A stretch of DNA of 64,000 nt, from the IMG/VR virus record IMGVR_UViG_3300037249_000698, positions 1-64,000 of that record; one strand, given 5' to 3'. Position numbers and translations under genes: made by a program. The notes beneath the pieces were generated by a model. The model worked only from the letters and a program-made list of their open reading frames with translations, was not told the origin of the DNA and did no database searches. This document shows, piece by piece, positions 45,546 through 55,134 of this stretch; within the stretch, counting starts at the first letter, position 1; each line of letters starts with the position of its first letter. The DNA is from a virus. Taxonomy: Duplodnaviria > Caudoviricetes.

Positions 45546-45708
45546 TTTTGGGCAGTAATTAAAAATTAAAATTTCAAAATTTTCTATTGACAAACTCATT
45601 TCAGAGGTGTAAACTAAGACTTACTTAGTCGGAGGCGGTATTATTTACTATCACTACCGCCATAACCCCGACACTACCCTCCCTTTATACTTTATTTAAG
45701 GAGAATAA

Positions 45709-46248
45709 ATGCTACAAAAAGAAAATGAAGATGTTATCTCGCATCTCAAACAGCGTGGCTACGACATTATCAGACAGCTACAAATTATCGACAAGGAATA
45801 TGACGAAAATGATTTTCCCGACCCGAAAAAAGTTATCTCAAACGATACTATTGTTAAAGACCTGCTGTTAAGAGAGCCTAGAGTTATTGATTACAAAAAC
45901 CTACGGCGGTCTGAAAAAGAATATTTATTGAAACGTGCCGACTTAGGTCAGGAAAGTATCGACTATCGGTTAAGAATTGGATGGACATTAGAGGATGCGT
46001 ATATGATTCCAAAAGCGTGTAAAAGACCTGTTACCCCTAGAGTTTACAAAAACAAACCACAAAACTCCTACAACTTAAAACAGCTTGCCAAAGTTACTGG
46101 TATTCCTGCCGAATGTATCACTGACTTTGTTGAGGAATGGCTTTTTCCTGAACCGTCTGTCGCATCTCCTATGACTTGGAATAAAGAGACTTTTCCTGAA
46201 ATAAAGAAATTTGTCAGACGTTACTTGAAAAAGGAGATAACATTATGA
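45709..46248 (+). CDS. putative DNA-binding protein
   Basis: RLRIGWTLEDA and LKQLAKVTGIP HTH-like. Confidence 0.6.
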   Translation: MLQKENEDVISHLKQRGYDIIRQLQIIDKEYDENDFPDPKKVISNDTIVKDLLLREPRVIDYKNLRRSEKEYLLKRADLGQESIDYRLRIGWTLEDAYMIPKACKRPVTPRVYKNKPQNSYNLKQLAKVTGIPAECITDFVEEWLFPEPSVASPMTWNKETFPEIKKFVRRYLKKEITL

Positions 46249-46517
46249 TGATAAAAGAACCTGTTAGCTGTGGAGAAGATGATTCCGAATCATCATCACC
46301 ATTTTGGCAATACGTATTCTTCACAGTATTTATTTTATTAGCCATTGTTTCTGTGGTAGTGTGTGCAGTCTTATACGACACTCGCACATCCGAAACAGTT
46401 GTGATTGATAGTCCTAAAACCAATCCCATCACCATCCACTCCTACACTATTCAATGTACTCATAACGATGAATATTACTGTTCAGAGTACAAAGTGTATA
46501 AAATTATTAGAGATTAG
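46245..46517 (+). CDS. membrane protein
   Basis: single TM. Confidence 0.6.
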   Translation: MMIKEPVSCGEDDSESSSPFWQYVFFTVFILLAIVSVVVCAVLYDTRTSETVVIDSPKTNPITIHSYTIQCTHNDEYYCSEYKVYKIIRD

Positions 46518-46566
46518 AGAGATATTATTATGCAGTTAGTTATCAAATATAATACAAGGAGTTAAA

Positions 46567-47040
46567 ATGCAGTTAGTTATTAAATACTTACATCACGAAG
46601 AACAGCTTAAAAACACAACTTTCACCCCTCACGGTCAATCCGCAGGTTACGACCTATGTGTTGCCGTGGATGAACCTGTTGTTCTGCAACCTAATGAGTC
46701 AAAGTTACTCCCTACAGGTATTTCTTTACGCATGTATCAATTTGACTGCGGTGGATTTATCTTTCCGAGAAGTGGTCTAGGCTCAAAAGGTATCGTTCTG
46801 CGTAATACCGTAGGCGTTATCGACCCTGACTATACAGGCGAGATTAAGTTAGCGGTGTGGAATACAACAAACGAACCTGTGACAATCGAGCCGTTTCAGC
46901 GTGTGGCACAAATTGTATTCCTGCCTGTGATACATCCATCTGTGTTTTACGCAAGCTCTACTGAATATACTTTGCCTGACCAAGAATTTAAAGGTGTAGT
47001 TACTCGTGGCGACAAAGGCTTTGGCTCGACAGGTATTTAA
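46567..47040 (+). CDS. dut: trimeric dUTPase
   Basis: AGYDL, PRSGLG, GVIDPDYTGEI, RVAQ, RGDKGFGSTG. Confidence 0.95.
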   Translation: MQLVIKYLHHEEQLKNTTFTPHGQSAGYDLCVAVDEPVVLQPNESKLLPTGISLRMYQFDCGGFIFPRSGLGSKGIVLRNTVGVIDPDYTGEIKLAVWNTTNEPVTIEPFQRVAQIVFLPVIHPSVFYASSTEYTLPDQEFKGVVTRGDKGFGSTGI

Positions 47041-47076
47041 AACATTTTGATATAAACATCTTCTAAGGAGTTTGCT

Positions 47077-47340
47077 ATGATTATGCTTATTGTAATTTTA
47101 TTGGTTGTAGTTTTACCATTTACAATCTTTTATGCTTTTGCATCTTCCGACCCAAGTGCGTGTGCTTTTACTATAACAGGCGTTATTATATGCCAGTTGC
47201 TTGACTCTGCATGTGGAACAACAGTATTTTTTCTAATTGTCGGCTCTATGTTTGCTTGGTGTTTTTACGTTATCGGTCAATTTTGTTATGACGCTTACAA
47301 AAATTACAAAAAAGGCAAAAAATGGTTCGATATTGGCTAA
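47077..47340 (+). CDS. membrane protein
   Basis: three hydrophobic stretches. Confidence 0.65.
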   Translation: MIMLIVILLVVVLPFTIFYAFASSDPSACAFTITGVIICQLLDSACGTTVFFLIVGSMFAWCFYVIGQFCYDAYKNYKKGKKWFDIG

Positions 47341-47379
47341 AAATACTTGCAAAACATTTTTAATTTGTTATAATAGCTA

Positions 47380-47461
47380 TATCAAAGTTCATATTTTGAT
47401 ACTCCTTATGTGAAGTTGTTTGTGTTATACCCACGGTCGCTTTTTGGCTGTGGGTTTTTTT
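47380..47461 (+). ncRNA. candidate sRNA with anti-SD/anti-AUG and GU-rich seed
   Basis: own promoter 47347-47374, G-U-containing terminator, no ORF. Confidence 0.65.
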
Positions 47462-47486
47462 ATATTTTGACGTTATATAATTCCAT

Positions 47487-47519
47487 TTGCTACTCTAATT
47501 GCTACTCTATTTGCTACTC
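47487..47519. repeat. 3x TTGCTACTCTA tandem repeat
   Basis: direct repeats upstream of lysis promoter. Confidence 0.8.
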
Positions 47520-47617
47520 AATTTACCCTTTAAAAGCGTTTTCTTAAACATAGTGTATAATATCCGTATAAAGATGTGTTAATAGTCGATAAATTATACG
47601 TAATAAGAGGTTGAGAG

Positions 47618-48112
47618 ATGATTTTTAGTAGCAAGATTCCTGACGATGGTAAAAAAGCATTATTGCAATTACAACAACAGTTCGGATGGTCAGAAGATCA
47701 ACTCGATTACCTTATTGCTTGTATGAAATTCGAGTCAAATCTTAATCCGCAAGCCGTAAATAAGGCTTCGGGTGCTGTGGGTTTGATTCAGTTTATGCCT
47801 AGTATCTGTAAAGCATACGGCACAACCGCAGAACTTATGAAATCTCGCTCTTTTGCCGAACAGATACCTTACGTTAAAAAGCATTTTCTCCCTTATTACA
47901 AACGTACTTGCACCCTTTCCGATATGTATATGGCTATTCTTTATCCTAGCTGTATCGGTAAGCCTGACGATTATCCTATGTTCGTCAACGGCAAAAAATA
48001 TGAACAGAACAAAGGTCTTGATAAAAACAAAGATCATATAGTCACAAAAATCGAGGCTACTCTTATGGTTTTAAAGTGCTATGAGCAAGGTTTGCAAGAT
48101 AGAGGACTATGA
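47618..48112 (+). CDS. endolysin, SLT-type lytic transglycosylase
   Basis: KFESNLNPQA, GAVGLIQFMP. Confidence 0.88.
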   Translation: MIFSSKIPDDGKKALLQLQQQFGWSEDQLDYLIACMKFESNLNPQAVNKASGAVGLIQFMPSICKAYGTTAELMKSRSFAEQIPYVKKHFLPYYKRTCTLSDMYMAILYPSCIGKPDDYPMFVNGKKYEQNKGLDKNKDHIVTKIEATLMVLKCYEQGLQDRGL

Positions 48113-48113
48113 A

Positions 48114-48443
48114 ATGTTTGATGAACAGTTTAAAGAAATCTTGAACGGCTTGTTATTTGCCGTGATAGCAGGTGTAGGAGGTTCTGTGGCATATTTATCT
48201 TCATTGTTCGGCAACCGTAAAAAGTTCGTGCTATTCGACTTTTTTGTTAAGGTTTTGTCAAGTGCGTTCGCAGGTCTGCTGATAGGTTGGCTTTTGAGCT
48301 ACTATCAGTACCCTATTTCAGTCATTTGTTCCGTTACAGGTACAGCAGGCTATATAGGGGCAGATTTTACTATCAACCTATTAAAACGCATCATTACAAG
48401 TAAGGCAGAATTAGTCGTTGTTGACAAGGAGAATGACAAATGA
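48114..48443 (+). CDS. holin (3 TM)
   Basis: three TM segments, SAFAG and AGYIG motifs, lysis context. Confidence 0.8.
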   Translation: MFDEQFKEILNGLLFAVIAGVGGSVAYLSSLFGNRKKFVLFDFFVKVLSSAFAGLLIGWLLSYYQYPISVICSVTGTAGYIGADFTINLLKRIITSKAELVVVDKENDK

Positions 48444-48976
48444 ACTGGTTAAAAATTCTCCCACAGGCTCTACTCGGTGTTACTTGGCTCATTCTGTTCG
48501 CAACCGGATATTACATGGGGTCAGACGCTACTAATCAGCGTAATGAACTTAAACAGAGCCAAATTACTAATGATTATCAGAATAAAATTAACGAACTTGT
48601 TGAACTTGTACGTTCACAGGAAATTGCAAATCAACACAAAATAAACACTATTATTTCAGAACAGCTTGAAAAAGAGGAGATGATTAAAAATGACTACGAA
48701 AACATTATTGAAGATTTGCGTAATAACACACTTGTTGTTGATGGGTTGCACGAATGTAAAGACAGTTCAAACACCAAAGCAGATATGCCCCGAAATAAGC
48801 CAGTTACCGCCGAACTTGTCTGTTTTACAAAAGCCGATTTATACGGAAAAATTGAAAAAAGTTTGGCTATCACAGCCGAATGTGACAAAGTAGTTGAGAA
48901 ATACAATGCTCTGCTAAAGGTCTATAACGAACAATTTAACACATTAAACCATAAAGAGGCTTTATATGGAAAATGA
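48440..48976 (+). CDS. i-spanin (Rz-like)
   Basis: N-terminal TM + coiled coil after holin. Confidence 0.8.
   Translation: MNWLKILPQALLGVTWLILFATGYYMGSDATNQRNELKQSQITNDYQNKINELVELVRSQEIANQHKINTIISEQLEKEEMIKNDYENIIEDLRNNTLVVDGLHECKDSSNTKADMPRNKPVTAELVCFTKADLYGKIEKSLAITAECDKVVEKYNALLKVYNEQFNTLNHKEALYGK
48690..48893 (+). CDS. o-spanin (Rz1-like lipoprotein) embedded in Rz
   Basis: AGGAG RBS, lipobox LLMGC, Pro-rich, +1 frame. Confidence 0.8.
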   Translation: MTTKTLLKICVITHLLLMGCTNVKTVQTPKQICPEISQLPPNLSVLQKPIYTEKLKKVWLSQPNVTK

Positions 48977-49439
48977 TATTGTACTAAAAAACAAGGAAGT
49001 CTCTGAACGTGAGAGATTACTGTTTGATGAGTTTTTAGAGGAATATAAAAAAGATTATGACCCCGAAAGAGCCTGTTTACGTCTCGGCGTTGAGCCTGAA
49101 AGCGTAAATAGGGCATTGTTATATTTCTTTCAATCATCGTACGTGCAACAGCAACTTGCAAAAGATGTTGTTTTGGGTAAACCTGATACACAGGAAAATG
49201 TCGATAAGGCGTTTAAATACGTTGTTAATAAACTTCGTTGTATCGCAGATTCAGGCTCAAATAAAGAACGTTTAGAGGCTTGTAAACAGCTTGCTCTTAT
49301 CTACGGTCTTAACAAGCCTATTGACATTCGTACAAATAATTCACTTACAAATGTTATTATGTCACCTGCCCCTATTACTGATGCTGAATGGGAAGAACAG
49401 GCAAGCGTGACTATGGAGGCAAATTTTGACGGACACTAA
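48966..49439 (+). CDS. terminase small subunit
   Basis: F.EEY..D.D..RAC.R.G; precedes TerL. Confidence 0.75.
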   Translation: MENDIVLKNKEVSERERLLFDEFLEEYKKDYDPERACLRLGVEPESVNRALLYFFQSSYVQQQLAKDVVLGKPDTQENVDKAFKYVVNKLRCIADSGSNKERLEACKQLALIYGLNKPIDIRTNNSLTNVIMSPAPITDAEWEEQASVTMEANFDGH

Positions 49440-49546
49440 TCTTGGTGACCTTTTGATTTTCTTTGCAATAGTTTTTATAGGAATTTTAATTATAATAAAT
49501 TTAATCGACAGCATGAAATAGTCGATAGTCACAAATAAGGTGAGAA

Positions 49547-51196
49547 ATGGCTTTTAAGTTACCCGATAATATCAACGTTGTTTGGAAACCGTTAGAGGGT
49601 CGAGTTATTAACGGTAAGTATTACATGAGTTCGCAGGAACTTGTGCTGTCCTGTAATTGTGATACTATTTTTATGTCAAGTTCTCGTGCAAGCGGTAAGA
49701 CAGAAGTCAGTCTTATCAAATTCTGCCTCCCTATCGGCATGGGTTACGGTTCATATTATCGAGGTGTTTACATTGATATGCACTACAAAGACTTGAACGA
49801 TGTTATTGCACGTTCAAAACGTCTTTTCCCGATGATTTATGGTAACAAAGCACGATATTACAGTTCAAGAGGTGATGAACATTGGACTTGGGATACAGGC
49901 GAGGAATTGTGGTTTAGACAAGGTGCAACCGATGAGGACTACAATTCTTTCCATGGTCAGGAATTTGCCGTTATATTGTATAACGAATTGTCTAAAAACC
50001 CTACTCCTGACTTTTTCGATAAAATGCGTACAACAAACCGTACATCATTTAATCCTTATGACCATCCGTATTACATTGACGCTAAATATTATAAAGAATA
50101 CGGCATCGAAAGGCGTGTAAAGCCTGAACATCCGTATGCGGTAAAGAAATTTTTACCACCACTTAGACCAAAAATAATTATAACAACCAACCCATCCGGT
50201 GCAGGCAAGCAGTGGGTCAAAGAGCGTTTTGTTGACCCCGCCCCTGCTGGCAAGATTGTGAAAACAGAGATTAAAGCCTATAATCCGCAAACTAAAAAAG
50301 ATGAGATTATGGTCAAAACACAAGTTCACATATTCAGTTCGTATAAAGAAAATACACATCTTTCACCTGAATATGTACTCGAACTTGAAAGCATTAAAGA
50401 CCCTGAACTTAGAAAGGCGTGGTTATACGGTGATTGGAACGCTAGTTACGGTGATGGTATGTTTAATGATATATTCAGAACATCAATTCACGTTGTTCCG
50501 CAATTTAAAATTCCTGATACTTGGAATATTTATACAGGATTCGACTGGGGTTGGTCAAAACCGTTTGCAACTTTGTGGCTTGCTGTTTCCGATGGCTCTG
50601 ATATAGTTCTGCCTAGCGGTGCTAAACGCCGTACAGTTCGTGGGGATATATTCATAATTAACGAATACTACGGTTGTGTTAAAGGCAAGGCTAATACAGG
50701 TGTTTGTATGCTTGCTAGAGATGTCGGTAGAGAAATATTAGAACGTGAAATCGGTCTTGGTTATAAGCCTAGAATTGTTGCTAGTATCGCTGATAATGCT
50801 ATTTTTAGCAAGGAAGATGGTCACTGTATTGCAGATGAAATGAGAAAACCTGTTAATATAGCAGGTAAAATTATGGGTGGTAAAACTTGGATTGGTGCTG
50901 ATAAACGAGCAGGTTCGAGAGCCGTTGGTTGGAACTTAATAAAGCAACGCCTTAAAAATGCTGTTCCTGAAACTGACGTTGTAACAGGCGTTACACTACC
51001 TAGAGAAGAAAAAGGCTTGTTTGTTTGCGATAATTGTAGAGATTTTTTAAGAACTTTCCCTAATCTTCCTAGAGATGAAAAGAAAGATGGCGATATTGAT
51101 ACAAGTACCGAGGATCACTTAGCGGATGCTTTACGTTATGCGGTATCATACATCGACCACGGTGAACGTTCTGTATCTACTTACGGCATGAATTAA
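49547..51196 (+). CDS. terminase large subunit
   Basis: RASGKT, TTNPSG, AWLYGDW, GFDWG, EDHLADALRY. Confidence 0.93.
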   Translation: MAFKLPDNINVVWKPLEGRVINGKYYMSSQELVLSCNCDTIFMSSSRASGKTEVSLIKFCLPIGMGYGSYYRGVYIDMHYKDLNDVIARSKRLFPMIYGNKARYYSSRGDEHWTWDTGEELWFRQGATDEDYNSFHGQEFAVILYNELSKNPTPDFFDKMRTTNRTSFNPYDHPYYIDAKYYKEYGIERRVKPEHPYAVKKFLPPLRPKIIITTNPSGAGKQWVKERFVDPAPAGKIVKTEIKAYNPQTKKDEIMVKTQVHIFSSYKENTHLSPEYVLELESIKDPELRKAWLYGDWNASYGDGMFNDIFRTSIHVVPQFKIPDTWNIYTGFDWGWSKPFATLWLAVSDGSDIVLPSGAKRRTVRGDIFIINEYYGCVKGKANTGVCMLARDVGREILEREIGLGYKPRIVASIADNAIFSKEDGHCIADEMRKPVNIAGKIMGGKTWIGADKRAGSRAVGWNLIKQRLKNAVPETDVVTGVTLPREEKGLFVCDNCRDFLRTFPNLPRDEKKDGDIDTSTEDHLADALRYAVSYIDHGERSVSTYGMN

Positions 51197-51237
51197 AAAT
51201 GGGGTATAATGAGTAAAAGTTTTGTGCGGAGATTAAA

Positions 51238-52839
51238 ATGTTAGATTCTGTAAATTATGAATATCTTAATATGCTTCCTTATTGGGAAAAACTTGACGAT
51301 TTGTACCGTGGGGAAGATTTTGTTAAAAAGGCAGGTGTTAAGTACCTGCCACCGTCAGCAGGTATGATTATTGACGATATGCGGTCAATAAATTCACTTG
51401 GCTTTAAAATCTATATGTCGTATATAGGCAGAGCTGATTACATCAATCATGTTAAAAATGCCGTGGATAGATATGTAGGGTTGTGCCATCAAAGTTCACC
51501 GACTATTCAACTGCCGAAAGAGATGGAATATTTGAGAGATAAGGCTACTAAAGACGGTCAATCCCTCGAAAGTCTTTTGCGTATGATTAACACCGAACAG
51601 GTTAAACTCGGTCGTTGCGGTCTGTTTGTCGATATTAGCACTGACGTTGCTAGAGATAATAAACCTTATCTCGCTTTTTATGATGCGTTCAGTATTACTA
51701 ATTGGAATAATAGCGATAATCCGTTCGGTTATACCGACCTTAATATGCTAGTTCTAAAAGAGACTGAACACGTTTTAAAAGACTTTTCTTGGACTGACGA
51801 AATTCGCTACAGAGTTTGTCTTTTAGGTGACGGACACGTTGTTAGAGGTAATGATTACTACCGTCAAGGTGTGTTTAAAGATACTGCATTTAACGACAAC
51901 CTGATGTTTACCCCTAGTTATCTCGGTACAAAATTACACGAGATACCGTTCGTATTTATCAATGCTTGTGATACCGTTACTCGCCCTGATTTTCCACCGC
52001 TTGATGATTTGGCTAATTGCTCGCTTAGTGCGTACAGATTGTCAGCCGACTATAAACAGGCATTACACATGCAAGGACAGGACACGCTCGTTATCAAGGG
52101 TAATCTGCTGAACGTTACTGAAAACGCTCCTACCGACAACAGCAAAAATGCACAAGAACAAGGTATCAGAACAGGTGCAGGTGCGGTATTAAACGTTGCT
52201 TGTGATGGAAATGCTGAATTTATCGGCGTTAGCGGTGACGGTATTCCCGAAATGAGACAGGCTCTTGAAAACACCTATAATCGTTGTGAGGTTAAGAGTG
52301 GTAACTTGCTGACTAATGGTGCTACATTTGAAAGCGGTGAGTCATTAAAGACTCGTCTTACTGCTCAAACAGCCAACCTTAATCAGATTGCTCTTACAGG
52401 TGCGTTTGGTCTGCAAAAAGCATTACGCTTTATCGCTCGTTGGATTGGTGCTAACGAAGATGAAGTTGTTGTTCAGCCTAATCTTGAATTTAGTGATTAC
52501 CGTATCACAGGTGATGATTTGGTTAAGGTTACAACTGCTATCAAGCTCGGTTTCCCTATGTCATTACAATCCGCATACGAATATGCACAGTCTAAGGGTT
52601 ACACTAAAGAACCGTTTGAGACACAGATTGATATGATTAAAAAGGAAAAAGAAAGCGGTTTGAGAGATTTGCTTATGCCACCTGAACAACAGTTTGCGGA
52701 AAGCAATAGCGGTCTAAATCCGCTGAACGGCAATAATGCAGGAGGTAGCGTTTCGGCTACAAGTGTGCAAAAGAAAACTACATCGGCTAACAAAGACTTA
52801 ACCGATGTGTCTAAAATTACAAACAATTCAAATTCGTGA
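51238..52839 (+). CDS. portal protein (DUF4055-like)
   Basis: GVKYLP, GRCGLFVD, IPFVF, ESGESL; synteny. Confidence 0.88.
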   Translation: MLDSVNYEYLNMLPYWEKLDDLYRGEDFVKKAGVKYLPPSAGMIIDDMRSINSLGFKIYMSYIGRADYINHVKNAVDRYVGLCHQSSPTIQLPKEMEYLRDKATKDGQSLESLLRMINTEQVKLGRCGLFVDISTDVARDNKPYLAFYDAFSITNWNNSDNPFGYTDLNMLVLKETEHVLKDFSWTDEIRYRVCLLGDGHVVRGNDYYRQGVFKDTAFNDNLMFTPSYLGTKLHEIPFVFINACDTVTRPDFPPLDDLANCSLSAYRLSADYKQALHMQGQDTLVIKGNLLNVTENAPTDNSKNAQEQGIRTGAGAVLNVACDGNAEFIGVSGDGIPEMRQALENTYNRCEVKSGNLLTNGATFESGESLKTRLTAQTANLNQIALTGAFGLQKALRFIARWIGANEDEVVVQPNLEFSDYRITGDDLVKVTTAIKLGFPMSLQSAYEYAQSKGYTKEPFETQIDMIKKEKESGLRDLLMPPEQQFAESNSGLNPLNGNNAGGSVSATSVQKKTTSANKDLTDVSKITNNSNS

Positions 52840-52876
52840 TAAAATTAAAGAGTTCACAAATTAGAGGTACATAATT

Positions 52877-53731
52877 ATGGCATTTAAAGATCCTAACACA
52901 AAAACTTTTCAACCTATCGTAGATTCTCTCGATGGTGTTGATGAAAACATTAAGTCGCTTTATGCAGAGACTACTGACGGTAAGTATCAAATTCGAGCTG
53001 ATATAGCATTTCAGAGCGACTTTGAACGTGTGCGTGATACTCTCACAAAAGAACGTACAAGTAATAAAGAGTTAAACGCAAAACTGAAAGAATTACAGTC
53101 TAAACTCGATGCTTACGGCGGTATCGACCCGACAGGCGTAAAGGGTATGCAGACTGAACTCGCTAACCTTAAATCTACCGAAACTGATTTGAGCAAGATT
53201 AAGTCTAGTAAGGCAGATTTAGAGTTGCAGTTTAAAAACTTAAAAGAACAGTTTGATGAACTCTCTAAAATCAATCAGCGTTACGAAAAAGAACGTACTG
53301 AACAGCGTCTAAAAGACAGTGCTAGAAAGGCGTTTGGTGATAACGGCATTTTAGACAGTGCTATGGAAGATGGTCTGTTATGGGCAACACAGGTACTTGA
53401 AAGTGCCGAAGATGGCTCTGTAAGAGTTAAAGACGGTACTAAATATCCTGCCGGGGTAAGCGTTGACAGTTGGGTTCAGCTTTTCAAGAAAGACAAGCCA
53501 CATCTTTTCGGTGGTTCTGTCGGTGGCGGTGCAGGCGGTAGCGTAAGCAATTCAATAGAAATTGAAAACTGGACTAACACAGGTCTTGATGGTGGCATCA
53601 ACATTACTAAGTTAGCACAGGCAATTAAGGAAGATCCAAAGGCTGTAGTTGCCGTTGCAAAGGCTAAAGGACTTGAAAAGGTGTTAAGAGAACGTTACGG
53701 TTATCTCTATAATCAAATCGCTGATAAGTAA
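52877..53731 (+). CDS. capsid scaffolding protein
   Basis: coiled coil, PHLF..GGGAGG. Confidence 0.8.
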   Translation: MAFKDPNTKTFQPIVDSLDGVDENIKSLYAETTDGKYQIRADIAFQSDFERVRDTLTKERTSNKELNAKLKELQSKLDAYGGIDPTGVKGMQTELANLKSTETDLSKIKSSKADLELQFKNLKEQFDELSKINQRYEKERTEQRLKDSARKAFGDNGILDSAMEDGLLWATQVLESAEDGSVRVKDGTKYPAGVSVDSWVQLFKKDKPHLFGGSVGGGAGGSVSNSIEIENWTNTGLDGGINITKLAQAIKEDPKAVVAVAKAKGLEKVLRERYGYLYNQIADK

Positions 53732-53750
53732 TTTATAATCTAATGTTTTT

Positions 53751-53778
53751 AAGCCGATACTTAGTTATCGGCTTTTTT
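53751..53778 (+). terminator. intrinsic terminator
   Basis: AAGCCGATA/TATCGGCTT + T run. Confidence 0.85.
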
Positions 53779-53808
53779 GTTTATACTATTTATCGTGTAT
53801 AATAAAAA

Positions 53809-53856
53809 TACTCCTTTATTTGTGACTTTTGGGGTTGAGAAATCAACCCCTTTTTT
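53809..53856 (+). ncRNA. candidate ~48-nt anti-SD sRNA
   Basis: TATAAT 53798, TACTCCTTT, terminator GGGGTTGA-gaaa-TCAACCCC-T6. Confidence 0.55.
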
Positions 53857-54016
53857 AACAAAAATACCGCTTTTTTCAGAAAATTTAAAAGTGTGATATT
53901 ATAGTATCTGTTACGAATACGTGATGTTGAGTAGCAATCTTCGGTGCGTGATGCTAAGAATGATTTAATAAAGTTATTTTTTGTTTTAATGTTATTTTTA
54001 TAGGAGATGGCTACTC

Positions 54017-55042
54017 ATGGCTACAACTCGTTTACAAGACCTTATCGTACCCGAAGTGTACGAGGGTTATCAAACCGATGAAATTACTCGTAAGTTAAAT
54101 CTTATTCAGAGTGGAACTGTTGCTCGTTCTGAAAAATTGGACTCTCTGCTTAACGGCGGTGGTGCTACCTTTAATTTCCCATTCTATAACAACCTTTCTG
54201 ATAGCGGTGAAACTATTGCTACCGATAATCCTGCTGACGTTATCGTTCCTGAAAAGGCAAGTGCTAGTAACTTAGTAGTTGCTCGTTGCGTTCGTACAGC
54301 ATCTTGGGAAGTAGCCGACATTGACGAAATGCTGACCGCAGACGATCCAATGGCATTTATCAGCTCTCGTACCTTAGATTTCCGTCTTGGTTGCTTGCAA
54401 AAGCAGTTCATGTCTGTTGTAAAGGGTATTTTCGCTAACAACGCCACTGCAAGCGATGATTATCATACTCAAAATGACCAACGTTGGGTTGTTTCAGGTA
54501 CTACCTATTCCGCAGGTGTTACCGATTTCAACGTAAATCATCTTATTGACGCAATCTCTCTCATGGGTGATGCACAAGATGGTTTCGGTATGATTATGGT
54601 TCACCCAACTGTATTTGCTAACATGCAGAAGCAGGATATTATCGACACTCGTATTCCTAGCGGTGCATCTGCTCCTGTTCGTTACTACAACGGCTATCAG
54701 ATTATTCTGAATCAGGATCTTCCTAATACTGGCGGTGTTTACTCAACCTACATCTTTGGTCGTGATCAGTTCAAGCTCGGTTTCGGTTCAGTTAAAGAAC
54801 CAATCGCCTTTGAAAAACATCAGGCACAGGGTAATGGTTACGGTGTTACTACTATGTATAACCGTTGGTGTAACGCTATTGCTCCAAAGGGTTACAGCTA
54901 TATTGGTAGTGGTTTCGCTGTGGGCGGTCCTGCAAACGATACTACTAACGGTGCTTTGTCTACCGCAAGTTCATGGCGTAGAGTATGCGGAGATAAGCGT
55001 TCAGTCAAGATGGTTGAACTCGTAACTCGTGAAACTGCATAA
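54017..55042 (+). CDS. major capsid protein
   Basis: MATTRLQDLIVPEV, FPFY, MVHP; synteny. Confidence 0.9.
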   Translation: MATTRLQDLIVPEVYEGYQTDEITRKLNLIQSGTVARSEKLDSLLNGGGATFNFPFYNNLSDSGETIATDNPADVIVPEKASASNLVVARCVRTASWEVADIDEMLTADDPMAFISSRTLDFRLGCLQKQFMSVVKGIFANNATASDDYHTQNDQRWVVSGTTYSAGVTDFNVNHLIDAISLMGDAQDGFGMIMVHPTVFANMQKQDIIDTRIPSGASAPVRYYNGYQIILNQDLPNTGGVYSTYIFGRDQFKLGFGSVKEPIAFEKHQAQGNGYGVTTMYNRWCNAIAPKGYSYIGSGFAVGGPANDTTNGALSTASSWRRVCGDKRSVKMVELVTRETA

Positions 55043-55070
55043 TCTCACGATAATGTGAGTTGAGAATGAT

Positions 55071-55107
55071 AAGGGCGGTTTGAGATTAATTTCTACCGCC
55101 CTTTTTT
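55071..55107 (+). terminator. intrinsic terminator
   Basis: AAGGGCGGT/ACCGCCCTT + T run. Confidence 0.85.
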
Positions 55108-55134
55108 GAGAAGTCATAGATAAGAGAGGCTAAA

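Noticed and set aside
49966-49992. TerL Walker B reads ILYNE rather than hhhhDE
   Set aside because: All other motifs are intact and I cannot show that this variant is unusual without an alignment.
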